Shown piece after piece: positions 19,909 to 30,572 of a stretch of 64,000 bases of DNA. The position numbers and the translations under genes are program-made. The stretch comes from an uncultured Gammaproteobacteria bacterium (GTDB lineage Bacteria > Patescibacteriota > Microgenomatia > CAZETR01 > Amesbacteraceae), in the NCBI GenBank assembly GCA_964356225.1, contig CAYHGA010000001.1, positions 104,220 to 168,219 on the forward strand, given 5' to 3'. The notes below the pieces were generated by a model. It worked only from the letters and a program-made list of their open reading frames with translations, had not been told where the DNA came from and did no database searches. Positions within the stretch are counted from its first letter, which is position 1. Each line of letters opens with the position of its first letter.

Positions 19909-21459
19909 GTGCAATTTAAGCATTTAGCTATTTTGTCATTGATCGCTTTGGGGATTGGGGCGGGGGTGTATGTCAAAAGCAAGCAAGAGCAGGCAAGGCA
20001 AGTATTGCAGGCGTTGCGAGCAAGGCAAACAATAAGTTTATATTGGGGGACGAGCCGATGGGAGATTAAGACGGCTGATATTGGGGTAGAATATGACGCC
20101 CGGGCGGCGCTGACGCTGGACGAGAACCGGCTGACCGAAAGAATGGCCAGTATTTCGGCGCAAGTTAATATTCCGGCCCGGGAACCAGAAGTGAGCATAA
20201 AGTCCGGACAGGTTGAGGTATCTTTGGGGGAAAACGGGCAGGAGATGGATGAAAGAGAGTTGATGCAAAGAATCAGGCGGTTTTTGAATTTGCCAGAGGA
20301 AGCGGGAGTAGAGATGCCGGTAAGAAAATTGCTGCCCAAGATAACTGCGGAACAAGCTGGACAGTTGAAATTGCGGGCAGAAAAATTGGCGGGAAAAACT
20401 ATCATAGTGAAAAATAGTGAGGAAGAATGGAGGATTGGGGCAGAACAAATAATTACCTGGTTGGAAGTAGACGAATGGAAAAAAATGGACATTGAGGGAT
20501 GGGTGGCGACATTGGCAGCCGGCGTAGACCGTTTGCCTCAAAACGCGCATTTCCGATACATAAATGGGCGGGTGGAAGAATTCGCACCTGCTAAAAATGG
20601 AGTGGTGGTGAAGCAAGGGGAACTGGTTAGTTTGTTAGTTGGTTACCTAGTTAGTTTGGAGAATGATGGGCAAAAGGAAATTACAATTGACATCCCGTCT
20701 GTGGCGGCTGAACCGGCGATTAAAACAGGTGAGGTTAACACTTTAGGGATAAAAGAGTTGGTCGGGAGAGGAGAATCTAACTTTGCAGGATCCATTCCGA
20801 ACAGAATATTTAATATTAAAAAAGCGGCGGGGTATATGAATGGAATACTGGTGGGCCCTGGAGAAATTTTTTCATTTAATAAATATGTAGGAGATATTTC
20901 GGCGGCGGGGGGATATCGGCAAGCATATGTAATTAAAGAAGGGCGGACGGTATTGGGAGACGGGGGCGGGGTGTGCCAGGTATCGACGACCTTATTCCGG
21001 GCAATTTTGGCGGCCGGAGTACCGATAGAAGAACGGACGGCGCATGCATACCGGGTGCATTATTATGAGAAAGATAGCCAGCCGGGATTTGACGCTACTA
21101 TTTTTACTCCGGAAGTAGATTTAAAATTCAAAAACGACACTCCGGCATATATTTTAATTCAGACAACGGTAGACGAAGCGCGAAATAAGTTGACATTTGA
21201 ATTGTATGGGGCTGGCGACGGAAGAAAAGTGGAGATTTCGAAATCCAGAGTGTGGGACGTGACTCCCCCACCCCCGGCTCTGTATCAGGATGATCCAACT
21301 TTGTCCAAGGGAGTAGTAAAGCAGGTTGACTGGGCGGCATGGGGAGCTAAGGCGGCGTTTGACTGGAAAGTTACCCGCGGAGCGGACGTGCTGCAGGAAC
21401 GAACGTTTTATTCTAATTACAGACCATGGCAAGCAGTATTTTTAAAAGGAACGAAATAA
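19909..21459 (+). CDS. VanW family protein
   Basis: N-terminal TM anchor. The core GEIFSFNKYVGDISAAGGYRQAYVIKEGRTVLGDGGGVCQVSTTLFRAILAAG is the VanW signature. Confidence 0.7.
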   Translation: MQFKHLAILSLIALGIGAGVYVKSKQEQARQVLQALRARQTISLYWGTSRWEIKTADIGVEYDARAALTLDENRLTERMASISAQVNIPAREPEVSIKSGQVEVSLGENGQEMDERELMQRIRRFLNLPEEAGVEMPVRKLLPKITAEQAGQLKLRAEKLAGKTIIVKNSEEEWRIGAEQIITWLEVDEWKKMDIEGWVATLAAGVDRLPQNAHFRYINGRVEEFAPAKNGVVVKQGELVSLLVGYLVSLENDGQKEITIDIPSVAAEPAIKTGEVNTLGIKELVGRGESNFAGSIPNRIFNIKKAAGYMNGILVGPGEIFSFNKYVGDISAAGGYRQAYVIKEGRTVLGDGGGVCQVSTTLFRAILAAGVPIEERTAHAYRVHYYEKDSQPGFDATIFTPEVDLKFKNDTPAYILIQTTVDEARNKLTFELYGAGDGRKVEISKSRVWDVTPPPPALYQDDPTLSKGVVKQVDWAAWGAKAAFDWKVTRGADVLQERTFYSNYRPWQAVFLKGTK

Positions 21460-21863
21460 AAAAAATCGCCAGAGAAATATTGGCGATGCATCCAGATATA
21501 ATTGCTATGGAGGGGCCGCTGGGAGCGGGAAAGACGACACTTGCTAAAGCAATTGCGAAGGAGCTGGGGATCAAAGACGTGGTGGTGTCCCCTACTTTCG
21601 TACTCAGTGCTCAATACCCAGTACTCAGTACTCAGTTGGATCATATTGACGCGTGGAGAGTTGACAGTTTTGACGAGATTGAAAGGTTGGGGCTGGCCGA
21701 AATGATTAAAAACAATCACCTTGTAATTATTGAGTGGGCGGATAAATTTGCCGAAGAGATCAAGAGATTAAGTAATGAAGATACTAAGATTGTGTGGGTA
21801 AAAATAGAGTACGCCGACAGTGACGACGAAAGGAGGATAACTTATGAAAATATTGGCAATTGA
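21426..21863 (+). CDS. tsaE: tRNA threonylcarbamoyladenosine biosynthesis protein TsaE
   Basis: P-loop GPLGAGKTTLAK and a VVSPTFVL motif. Translationally coupled to tsaD. Confidence 0.75.
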   Translation: MASSIFKRNEIKKIAREILAMHPDIIAMEGPLGAGKTTLAKAIAKELGIKDVVVSPTFVLSAQYPVLSTQLDHIDAWRVDSFDEIERLGLAEMIKNNHLVIIEWADKFAEEIKRLSNEDTKIVWVKIEYADSDDERRITYENIGN

Positions 21864-22881
21864 GACGAGTTGTGATGAGACGTGTGCGGCCGTGGTTGAA
21901 GGCACAAAAATATTATCTAATGTGGTGTATTCACAAATTGATCTGCATAAAGAATTTGGAGGAGTAGTGCCTTCGGTGGCTAGAAGGGCCCACGAAGAGA
22001 GAATTGGCTTTGTTGTTGATAAAGCCCTCCGAACAGGGTTGCACCTTTCGCTGGCTGATGCCCGCAAAAGGAACAACCCTATTGATGCGGTAGCGGTGAC
22101 GGCGGGACCGGGGTTGGCGATTGCGTTAGAAGTAGGCATTAGACATGCCAAGGATTTGGCTAAGAAATTAGATAAACCACTGATTGCCGTTAATCATATT
22201 GAAGGACATGTGCTTAGCGGGTTAACACCGGAAGTAAAATTTCCTGCTCTGGCTTTGGTAGTTTCTGGAGGACACACGGAACTAATATGGGTTGAGAAAA
22301 ATGGGCAATATAAAATCGTGGCCAGAACGATGGATGACGCGTTGGGAGAAGCGCTGGATAAAGCGGCCAGGATGCTGGGGTTGGGATATCCGGGCGGGGC
22401 AGAACTAGAAAAAAGGGCTGCTTTGGGAAATCCTAAGAAATATCCCCTGCCTTTGCCTATGTCTCGCAGTAAGAAGTTAGCTTTTAGCTATTCGGGACTA
22501 AAAACGGCATTTTTTAGATTGGTAAATAGTGCTCAGTGCTCAGAAATAAGTACTCAGACGATTAATGACTTGGCGGCGGCGTTCCAAAAGAGAGCCTTTG
22601 AACATTTGCTGCGCGTGACCCGCGCAACGCTCAACTCTCAACCCACCATGCCCAATGATTTTCTGGTTGGCGGAGGGGTGGCGGCAAATACTAAGTTGAG
22701 AGAAGAGATTAAGAGATTAAGTGATGAAGTTGGGATAAATGTTTATTTTCCGGCGAAAGGATTGTATGGAGATAACGCGGCCATGATTGGGCTGGCGGCT
22801 GGCTTTAAAGCCCAGCGGGGGGAATTTGCTGACCCGGACAAAATTGACCGGCTTCCCCGTTGGAAAGTGGATGAGAAGTAA
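21844..22881 (+). CDS. tsaD: tRNA N6-adenosine threonylcarbamoyltransferase TsaD
   Basis: MKILAIETSCDETCAAVV start. HIEGH motif. Kae1/Gcp architecture. Confidence 0.9.
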   Translation: MKILAIETSCDETCAAVVEGTKILSNVVYSQIDLHKEFGGVVPSVARRAHEERIGFVVDKALRTGLHLSLADARKRNNPIDAVAVTAGPGLAIALEVGIRHAKDLAKKLDKPLIAVNHIEGHVLSGLTPEVKFPALALVVSGGHTELIWVEKNGQYKIVARTMDDALGEALDKAARMLGLGYPGGAELEKRAALGNPKKYPLPLPMSRSKKLAFSYSGLKTAFFRLVNSAQCSEISTQTINDLAAAFQKRAFEHLLRVTRATLNSQPTMPNDFLVGGGVAANTKLREEIKRLSDEVGINVYFPAKGLYGDNAAMIGLAAGFKAQRGEFADPDKIDRLPRWKVDEK

Positions 22882-22895
22882 AGTAAAATTGCCTC

Positions 22896-24860
22896 GTGGA
22901 CAAAAATTACGATCATCTGAAATATGAAAAGGAGATTTACAAGAGGTGGGAGGAAAGTGGGGCGTTTCAACCTACGGGAGAAGGAAAACCTTTCATTATT
23001 GTTATGCCGCCACCGAATGCGAATGATAATTTGCATATTGGCCACGCCAGATTTGTAGCTATTGAAGACATTTTGATCCGTTATCACAGAATGAAGGGTG
23101 ACTCTACACTATGGCTGCCGGGGGCGGACCACGCTGGAATCGAAACTCAATTTGTGTTTGAAAAAAAACTTAAGGAACAAGGCAAAAGTCGGTTTGATTA
23201 TGATCGGGAAACTTTATATCAAATGCTGTGGGACTATGTACAGAAAAATAAATCTAACATGGAAGACCAATTAAGAGCGTTAGGAGCCAGTTGTGATTGG
23301 AGCCGAAATAAATTTACCCTTGACCCAGACATTATAAAAATTGTTTATCAAACTTTCGAAAAATTGCAGAAAGATGGTTTGGTGTATAAAGGAGAAAGGC
23401 TAGTTAACTATTGTACGGTGTGCGGAACGGGATATTCGGAACTGGAAGTGGATCGGATAGAAAGAGTCGACCCGCTTTATTACATAAGATATGCCGAAGA
23501 TGTAGTTGTGGCAACGACTAGGCCGGAGCCGATTTGGGCTGACACCCATCTGGCAGTGAATCCTAAAGACAAAAAACATAAATATTTAATCGGTAAAAAA
23601 ATACTCAATCCCCTAACGGGTAAAGATATGGAAATTATCGGAGACGAGATGGTGGACCCAGACTTTGGAACCGGGATTGTAAAATTAACACCTGCTCATG
23701 ATTTTGCCGATTTCGAAGCGGCGCAAAGACATGGTTTGCCGTTAGTGCGGGCGATTGATGAAACAGGAAAAGATATCCGGACGGGAATGAGAGTTAAGAT
23801 GGCCCGCTTAAAAACGGTTGAAGAATTGAGAGAAAAAGGGGCCATTGAGAGAGTAGATGAAAATTATAAACATGTGATTGGGGTATGTTACCGGTGTAAA
23901 AATGTGATCGAACCGATGCCGAGCAAACAATGGTTTGTGAAAGTGGCCCCGTTGGTAAAACTGACGAAGGAAGCTGTGAAATCGGGCAAAACAAAATTCC
24001 CGGCAAAACGTTATGAGAAAATATATATGCATTGGCTGGAAAACTTAAGAGACTGGAATATTTCCAGACAAATTGTGTGGGGTATAAAAATTCCAATCGA
24101 GGGAGAAACGGACACTTTTGATACCTGGTTTTCTTCCGGCCAATGGCCCTTCGCTACTCTTATGGCAAATCAACCGGGAGATTTTGAAAAGTTTTACCCT
24201 ACAACAGTTGTGAATACGGGATATGACATACTCCCCTTCTGGGTAATGCGGATGATGATGTTGGGATTGTACGTCACCGGTGAAGTTCCATTTGAAACGG
24301 TTTTAATTCATGGATTAGTTAGGGATAAAGAGGGACAAAAGATTTCCAAGTCTAAAGGAAACGTGATTGATCCGATCACCATGACGGATAGGTACGGGGC
24401 GGATGCGTTGAGAATGGCCCTGGTGTGGGGAGCGAATGTGGATAATGATATTTCTTTGTCTGAAAATAATGTCCGGGGAATGAGAAATTTGGCTAATAAA
24501 ATTTGGAATGCGGCACGCTTTGTTCAACAAAGCGAATTCAAAAGTCAAAAATCAAAAGTCAAAATTGATATTGAATTAAACAAGATAACGAAACTTGTGA
24601 CGAATCATCTAGAAAAGTTTAGGTTAAATCAGGCTGCGGAATTAATTTACGACAAGTTTTGGCATTGGTACTGCGATGAAATTATTGAGAAGGCCAAAAA
24701 TGGAAAAGTGAGAAAAGAAGACTTGAGATATGGGTTGGAAGTCTTTCTGAAACTACTGCACCCGTTTATGCCGTTTGTGACGGAGGCGGTGTGGCGGGAG
24801 TTGGGGTTTCGGGAGCAGCTGATTCTTCAGCCTTGGCCGGGGCTTCAGCCTCGGGAGTAG
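22896..24860 (+). CDS. valS: valyl-tRNA synthetase (C-terminally short form)
   Basis: PPPNANDNLHIGHARFVAIEDILIRYHRMKGDSTLWLPGADHAGIETQ is ValRS-type HIGH context. KISKSKGNVIDP is the KMSKS motif. The anticodon-domain motif LHPFMPFVTEAVWREL is present. Only 654 aa, with no C-terminal coiled coil. Confidence 0.75.
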   Translation: MDKNYDHLKYEKEIYKRWEESGAFQPTGEGKPFIIVMPPPNANDNLHIGHARFVAIEDILIRYHRMKGDSTLWLPGADHAGIETQFVFEKKLKEQGKSRFDYDRETLYQMLWDYVQKNKSNMEDQLRALGASCDWSRNKFTLDPDIIKIVYQTFEKLQKDGLVYKGERLVNYCTVCGTGYSELEVDRIERVDPLYYIRYAEDVVVATTRPEPIWADTHLAVNPKDKKHKYLIGKKILNPLTGKDMEIIGDEMVDPDFGTGIVKLTPAHDFADFEAAQRHGLPLVRAIDETGKDIRTGMRVKMARLKTVEELREKGAIERVDENYKHVIGVCYRCKNVIEPMPSKQWFVKVAPLVKLTKEAVKSGKTKFPAKRYEKIYMHWLENLRDWNISRQIVWGIKIPIEGETDTFDTWFSSGQWPFATLMANQPGDFEKFYPTTVVNTGYDILPFWVMRMMMLGLYVTGEVPFETVLIHGLVRDKEGQKISKSKGNVIDPITMTDRYGADALRMALVWGANVDNDISLSENNVRGMRNLANKIWNAARFVQQSEFKSQKSKVKIDIELNKITKLVTNHLEKFRLNQAAELIYDKFWHWYCDEIIEKAKNGKVRKEDLRYGLEVFLKLLHPFMPFVTEAVWRELGFREQLILQPWPGLQPRE

Positions 24861-25455
24861 GAGCTGCGGCGGGAACTTCTTTGGGTTCTTCTTTAGCCAG
24901 AGGTTCAATCTTTACAACAATGGCTTCGGGGTCGGACTTGACGGTCAGTTTGTCAGACAACTGGATATCCTTGATCTGGAGAGTATCTCCTTCTGCGGCC
25001 AAGGATTCGATAGATATTTCAACTGATTCTGGCATATCCGCAGGTAAGGCTTCGATTTCTAGTTCGCTAAGCTGTTGAACCAAAATCCCCTGTTTCTCTT
25101 TTTCAGCCGGAGCCTCTCCGATGAGCTTTATAACTACCGGAGCGGTAGTTTTTTCTTTGAGGTTAACCTGGTGAAAATCGACGTGAAGAATTTGGTCTGT
25201 GACGGGATGAAGGGCTACGTCGTGAACCATGACGGGGCGGTTTTCTTTTTCTCCCTCAACTGTTAAGTAAATGAGGGTGGACTCCCCTACTTCTTTATAG
25301 AGCTTGGTGAAATCAACCGTCTTTATTTGAAGAGAGAGAGATTTTAAATCCTTGCCAAAAACGTTTGCGGGGATAAATCCCTGAGTACGCAGGGACTTGA
25401 TCTTGCGACCAGTTATCTTACGAGGTTCGACTTTTAGGGTGTGTTTAGTTGACAT
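24766..25455 (-). CDS. rplY: 50S ribosomal protein L25 / general stress protein Ctc
   Basis: MSTKHTLKVEPRKITGRKIKSLRTQGFIPANVFGKD N-terminus. The low-complexity AP/E-rich tail overlaps the valS 3' end. Confidence 0.8.
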   Translation of the reverse strand: MSTKHTLKVEPRKITGRKIKSLRTQGFIPANVFGKDLKSLSLQIKTVDFTKLYKEVGESTLIYLTVEGEKENRPVMVHDVALHPVTDQILHVDFHQVNLKEKTTAPVVIKLIGEAPAEKEKQGILVQQLSELEIEALPADMPESVEISIESLAAEGDTLQIKDIQLSDKLTVKSDPEAIVVKIEPLAKEEPKEVPAAAPTPEAEAPAKAEESAAPETPTPATPPPSQTA

Positions 25456-27526
25456 TTAGTACTCCTTGGGCAAAGTCTACGTCGAAATGCAAATAGTGCG
25501 ACAGGCGTTCATTATACTGGAGCCGGCCGGCAGAGGCAAGGGCGGGTGTGGTGATGGTAGTGGCAAACCACCATTTGGGATAAGTAACCGTGACTGAAAG
25601 TGGATATGGCAACTGGCCGGGTTGATTGGGAATATCCAGTTGATAGTGAAAACGAGAAGGGGCGACGAGCGGCTGGTGCCAACGAACAACAAGTTGGGCG
25701 ATGGTGGCGGGTGGAGTGTCAACGAGAACCCCCAATACTGTCAGGCCGTGCTCTGTGGTAACGTGATAAGCGGCAACAGGTTGGTCATTAATTGTAACTG
25801 CGTCAGGTAGGGACTGGGGGGAGAGATATAAGCGAATATAATTTTTGTTGTGCCCGGAAGGCCAATTAGTTTGGGAAGAGGTGTGGGTAAAATTAGCTTG
25901 GTATTGAAAGTCCGCCCTGGAGGTATTAAGTTGAATTGCCAGCTGGGCTGTGGGTTGAATAGAAACATTAGTTTTGTTGATGCCAACGTTACTACTGACA
26001 GCATAGAAATATAATTCCAAACAAGGGAGCGAGGAACGGCAAGGGGGAGGTGCGACTCCCCCATCCCACACAGTAGAGGTGATAAAGGTTTGACGGGATT
26101 CAAGAGAGTTGATCATTACTCCAATTGCGGTAGACAGTTGGCTTAAATTTAGGGAGCGAAGCTGGTCGAAGAAATGTTGATAAAAAATAGTTAGAAAATC
26201 CGGGTGGGCTAGATATTGAGAAAAAAAGTTTTGTTTAGTAACTGTGAGATTAAGCTCTGAAAGCCGGAGAGGGCCGACTTCGGAAAGGAGTTCAACCAAA
26301 GTTCCCAAGTGAACACTGGCAACCCGATCCGGAGTAAGAGAGAGCTCTTTGTTAACAAACCAAATTGCGCGGGCAGCGGAAGAAGGAAAATCCGGATCCC
26401 AATTTGAGTCACGGAGAAACCAGGTTGACTCCCCCATTGCTCTGGCCAGGTCTGCGGGGGGAGAAATTTGACCACGCAGTTGGCTGTCGGTGGCAGCGGT
26501 GTCGTAAATTTGAATGTTAGTTAGACGACCACTGTCTATATTTAGGAGCGCGAAGTGACTGAGGAACCCACCTGTGGAACGTAATTCAGTGGGATCTTGC
26601 AGTAATAAAAGAACGGTGCTTTTACCATTTAACGACAAAAGGTCCGGCAATGAAGAGACGAGGGGAGAAATTTTTTGGGTAAAAATCCGGGCGGTGTTTA
26701 CACGGGCCAGAAGAGGACCCAGACGAGGAAGTGATTGGAGACTAGCCTGAAGAAAGGCCAGGGAGTCTGTGAGACGAGACAACGTAAAAGCCAATTCAGC
26801 TACGTCTGAAGACGGGGGTTGGCCATGACCAAAAAACGATTGGAGATATGGAAGTGAACGAGAGGCGAATTGGTTGGCAAGAATTAAGGTGTCAGATAAT
26901 TGATGAGAGACAACTAAATACGGTGAAATTTGTGGAGACAAGCGTAAAAGTCCGGATGATAATTTTGCACAAGTAAGCGATGTGGAGAAATTTCCGCGCA
27001 GGAATTGAGACGCCGAGCAGCGGAGAAGGCTGTAGAGAACAAGGGGGTACAAGAGAATAAGAACAAAGGCTAAGAGGGGAACGGTCGACCTGGCTTTGGC
27101 GATGTGTTTGGGCGGGGGCTGATAGTAAGGAAGAAAAGAGCGGATAACTTCCGCAGCCGCGGACGAATCGTCTAAGCCGGCAGGAATTTCTAGAATCCGG
27201 TAGTCTAAATGAAAGTTGCGGCTAAATTGAGTGACTAAGGAAACGGCTCCTTCTTGAAGTGGGGTTGTATTTTGATTTACGACGAGAAGAAGTTTTGCTT
27301 GTTGCTGTAGTGTTTGATCTAGGTGGGCATGAAGATGGCCAAGAGGTGTGGAGCTGGTTAGATAAATAATTATATTGGCTGGTTTTGTATCTTGGGTGGA
27401 GATTGTCTCGATCTCTGGCAGTGTCTGTAACTGGGAAATGATTTCCGCAGACAGAGGGAGATGGGGGTGGGTAACCAGAATCCGGGTACGGGCAGATGTT
27501 TGTTCGATTAATAGTCTAAGTGACAT
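25445..27526 (-). CDS. large membrane-anchored extracytoplasmic protein, function unknown
   Basis: 693 aa with a single TM segment (LLAFVLILLYPLVLYSLL) and a long extracellular region. No catalytic motif recognised. Confidence 0.35.
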   Translation of the reverse strand: MSLRLLIEQTSARTRILVTHPHLPLSAEIISQLQTLPEIETISTQDTKPANIIIYLTSSTPLGHLHAHLDQTLQQQAKLLLVVNQNTTPLQEGAVSLVTQFSRNFHLDYRILEIPAGLDDSSAAAEVIRSFLPYYQPPPKHIAKARSTVPLLAFVLILLYPLVLYSLLRCSASQFLRGNFSTSLTCAKLSSGLLRLSPQISPYLVVSHQLSDTLILANQFASRSLPYLQSFFGHGQPPSSDVAELAFTLSRLTDSLAFLQASLQSLPRLGPLLARVNTARIFTQKISPLVSSLPDLLSLNGKSTVLLLLQDPTELRSTGGFLSHFALLNIDSGRLTNIQIYDTAATDSQLRGQISPPADLARAMGESTWFLRDSNWDPDFPSSAARAIWFVNKELSLTPDRVASVHLGTLVELLSEVGPLRLSELNLTVTKQNFFSQYLAHPDFLTIFYQHFFDQLRSLNLSQLSTAIGVMINSLESRQTFITSTVWDGGVAPPPCRSSLPCLELYFYAVSSNVGINKTNVSIQPTAQLAIQLNTSRADFQYQANFTHTSSQTNWPSGHNKNYIRLYLSPQSLPDAVTINDQPVAAYHVTTEHGLTVLGVLVDTPPATIAQLVVRWHQPLVAPSRFHYQLDIPNQPGQLPYPLSVTVTYPKWWFATTITTPALASAGRLQYNERLSHYLHFDVDFAQGVLNVN

Positions 27527-27775
27527 ATGACTAATTCTAATTATTGATTTTCAAATCATATTTATCAATGACCCTTTGCGGAAAACCTATAGCTAATTTG
27601 GGAGTATAACAATGCGGAGTACATACAATTGTTCACGTGCGTGGTTGATAATTTATTTATGCTTGGTTGTTTGTACTTTTTGTATGTACATAAAAAACGT
27701 GAAACCTCCGCACGCGCCGAATTTTAAATTTTTAATTTTTAATTTTAAGTTCTGTCCTGTAGTTTTGAAGAGAAG

Positions 27776-28183
27776 TTATGAGATTTTATCAAGAGTCTGG
27801 TTGACAAGATGGTCGGCGGCGGAATTTTGCTCCCGAGGTATGTATGTAAAATTTTTAATTTTTAATTTATAATTTTTAATTAATTCTTTAATTTCTAAAT
27901 TTTTAATTTTTAGACCTGGGTCTTTGATTTTGAATAGGCCTTTAAGCTGGCTAACAACAAGCTGAGAATCTAGATAATAGTTCACGGTTATTGGTTCATG
28001 GTTCATGGCAGACAACCACTTAAGAGACTCGATGACGGCTTGGTATTCGGCCTGGTTGTTGGTAGCAATTCCTAAATAAAAACCTTGTTGGTGAATTAGG
28101 CGGCCAGAATCATCTGTGGCTACAAAGGCGCAAGCGGCTGGTCCGGGATTACCTCTGGCTCCCCCATCGGTATGAATAAGCAT
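27776..28183 (-). CDS. rnhA: ribonuclease H (type 1, RNase HI-like)
   Basis: IHTDGGARGNPGPAACAFV start, NNQAEYQAVIESL motif, and a C-terminal YIPREQNSAADHL motif. Confidence 0.75.
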   Translation of the reverse strand: MLIHTDGGARGNPGPAACAFVATDDSGRLIHQQGFYLGIATNNQAEYQAVIESLKWLSAMNHEPITVNYYLDSQLVVSQLKGLFKIKDPGLKIKNLEIKELIKNYKLKIKNFTYIPREQNSAADHLVNQTLDKIS

Positions 28184-29321
28184 AGGCCATAAGTATAACT
28201 AATAATAAAATGTTTTGGTGAAGAGTGAGCCAGTAGTGATCGGCGGCGCCGGTGATCGCGATCACGGCGGCCGCAGTTATTAGTTCATAGTTCATAGTTC
28301 GTAGCCATTTTTTACTATGAACCAATAACCAATAACCAATAACTGCCGTGGCGGGAAGGCCGAGCTCGGATGCGATGAGAAGATAAATATTATGAACGGG
28401 CTGATATAAATAGTTATTAGTTATTAGTTCATGGTTCATAGTAGCCGGAATAAAGTTGCCTAGACCGACTCCCAGAATGGGATACTTTTGAACTAATACT
28501 AGTGAATTATGAATTAACGAGAAACGACCGGGGAGAGATTCTATAGAACCTGTGATAGAAACTAGAAAATAGATACTGGAAAACAGGAGGAGCAAACCAG
28601 TGACAATTTTTAATTTTAAGTTTTTAATATCGACTTCGTCGCGCTTCGCGAGTAATAAAATCCAAATGCCTAAAATTAAAATTTCCAAAACGATGGCTGT
28701 GCGGGAGAAAGTAAGCGGGATCGTTAAAAAGGCGGCGAGAAGGGCTGGAGTGATCCGGCGATTTAATGAATAAAGTATTAAGCCAGCGACCAACAAGAAG
28801 CCGGCCAGGGCGTTGGGGTGGGGGGATGTAGCATAGGGGCGCATAAGCAAGTGACCAAAAAAGGAAATTTTGGCGATGAGAAGAGTGGAGACGGAGAGAG
28901 GTCGTTCTCCGAGCCAATACCAAAATCCACCTACAGATCTCTGAAGAATAAATTGCCACCAGGCGAGGATGCTTGTCCACAAAGTGGACAGCGCAAGTGC
29001 ATAGTTCATAGTTCGTCGTTCATAGTAGCTGATCAAATATTTAAAGAGCCAGAAGTATTCGAGGACACGGAGCCACTTATAGATAGTTAATAAAGGAAAC
29101 GAAGAGATTAAGAGATTAAGGACGACGAAGATGATTACCGGAAGAGGGACGCGGACGCGGAGACGAGAAGTAAGAAATAATCCAATGATAATTAGGTCGG
29201 TGAGATAAAGAGTGGGGGAGAGATAGTCGACGCGAATGCCGTTAATAAGTGACCAGGACGGCCAAAAATGAAAAGCGATTTGGGAGGGGAGAAGTAGAAA
29301 TAATAATATTAAAAAGATCAC
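28149..29321 (-). CDS. O-antigen ligase/polymerase-like polytopic membrane protein
   Basis: About 10-12 TM helices with a large periplasmic loop and Wzy_C-like organisation. The call is by topology only. Confidence 0.45.
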   Translation of the reverse strand: MIFLILLFLLLPSQIAFHFWPSWSLINGIRVDYLSPTLYLTDLIIIGLFLTSRLRVRVPLPVIIFVVLNLLISSFPLLTIYKWLRVLEYFWLFKYLISYYERRTMNYALALSTLWTSILAWWQFILQRSVGGFWYWLGERPLSVSTLLIAKISFFGHLLMRPYATSPHPNALAGFLLVAGLILYSLNRRITPALLAAFLTIPLTFSRTAIVLEILILGIWILLLAKRDEVDIKNLKLKIVTGLLLLFSSIYFLVSITGSIESLPGRFSLIHNSLVLVQKYPILGVGLGNFIPATMNHELITNNYLYQPVHNIYLLIASELGLPATAVIGYWLLVHSKKWLRTMNYELITAAAVIAITGAADHYWLTLHQNILLLVILMAYAYSYRWGSQR

Positions 29322-29773
29322 TCCTTTGGAGAGATAACTACGGTTCTAAAACGGCCCTCGCCTTGGGACCCGGTGGTAACTTGGGGGTGGTCGGTGAGAT
29401 AGACATGGATAATGCGGCGTTCGTTGGAAGGGAGGGGGGGGAGGGCTTCTGGTTGATGAGTGGTTACTACCCGACCAACAACGGTGTCTGCCATGGCGTG
29501 AAGGGCCTGCTGGCGGCGTTCCCGATAGTCATTGACGTTTATAGAAATACTGGTCCATTCGGAAGCTTGAGAGTGGAGGTGTTGGGATAGGAGCAACTGC
29601 AAAGAGGAGATGGTGTCCCCGTGATAGCCAACAAGAATGGCCGGGTCAGAAGTATTAATAGTTATTTGATAAATTTTGTTTTCGGGGTCAAAAACTACCG
29701 TGGCCTCGTAAGGAGAAGCGTAACCTAATTGGGTGAGAAATTGAGATAATAATTCCCGAATTTTATCTTCCAT
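29318..29773 (-). CDS. Jag/KhpB RNA-binding protein (KH + R3H)
   Basis: Jag_N-like start. The R3H region is ERRIIHVYL. It sits in the conserved position after yidC. Confidence 0.7.
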   Translation of the reverse strand: MEDKIRELLSQFLTQLGYASPYEATVVFDPENKIYQITINTSDPAILVGYHGDTISSLQLLLSQHLHSQASEWTSISINVNDYRERRQQALHAMADTVVGRVVTTHQPEALPPLPSNERRIIHVYLTDHPQVTTGSQGEGRFRTVVISPKE

Positions 29774-30572
29774 GGATTTTTTTTATGAAAGGAGTTAACC
29801 CGCCCCACCCAGAGGCAAAATATTGCTGGACCACAGAAACGGCAGAAAAAATTAACCAGTAAAGAACCAGGCCGAATTGAAATTGATAGCCAAAGAGAAT
29901 AGTCATTAAAGGAAACATATATAACATTTGGGTTTGGGTGGCGGCCATAATATCGTCGGTGTCTTCGGGGGTTTTGGATGCAACCTTAGCCGTTACTTTG
30001 GCTTCCGGCATCATCATTTTGGAACTGGCAAATTGGATGAGGGCGGATGCAAGCACAAAAATCCCAGGGAGAGGAACGGGGAGACCAGGGAGGCGGATAA
30101 GGTCGGGCTTGGTTAGCTCAAGACCATAAAATGATGTGGAAAGATGAAAGTCGGAGGGGAGTTTGTTAATCGAATAAAGAATGGGGTTAAGATGGTCGAC
30201 TAATGATTGGCCGTTGGGTTTAAGGACGGTATTAAAAGCATTGAAAAGGGCGATAAGGACCAAAATCTGAATTATTTGGGGAAGGCAGCCGGCGGCGGGA
30301 TTAAGCCCGTTCTTTTTGTACAATTCGGCTTGGGCGGCCACTAAGCCCTGTTTATTGTCTTTGAATTTTGTTTTAAGTGCAGCCAATTCCGGAGCCAGAT
30401 CCTGCATTTTTTTGCTGGATTTAAGCGAGGGGATAACTAAGGGAGTCATAACCAGGCGCAAACCAATAGTGAGAAGAATAATGGACCAGCCCAGGTCGCC
30501 GGTAAGACGGGCCAATCCGATTAAGGCATTAAGTAGGGGGTGAAACAATAATAAATTCCAAAGATTAGCCAT
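29763..30572 (-). CDS. yidC: membrane protein insertase YidC (short form)
   Basis: MANLWNLLLFHPLLNALI...GWSIILLTIGLRLVMTPL start. 5-TM 60 kDa-IMP core. Confidence 0.85.
   Translation of the reverse strand: MANLWNLLLFHPLLNALIGLARLTGDLGWSIILLTIGLRLVMTPLVIPSLKSSKKMQDLAPELAALKTKFKDNKQGLVAAQAELYKKNGLNPAAGCLPQIIQILVLIALFNAFNTVLKPNGQSLVDHLNPILYSINKLPSDFHLSTSFYGLELTKPDLIRLPGLPVPLPGIFVLASALIQFASSKMMMPEAKVTAKVASKTPEDTDDIMAATQTQMLYMFPLMTILFGYQFQFGLVLYWLIFSAVSVVQQYFASGWGGLTPFIKKIHGR

Noticed and set aside
19710-20616. 260-aa and 192-aa minus-strand ORFs opposite vanW
   Set aside because: They are antisense to a gene with a clear VanW signature.

They have Cys/Ser/Phe-rich unnatural composition.
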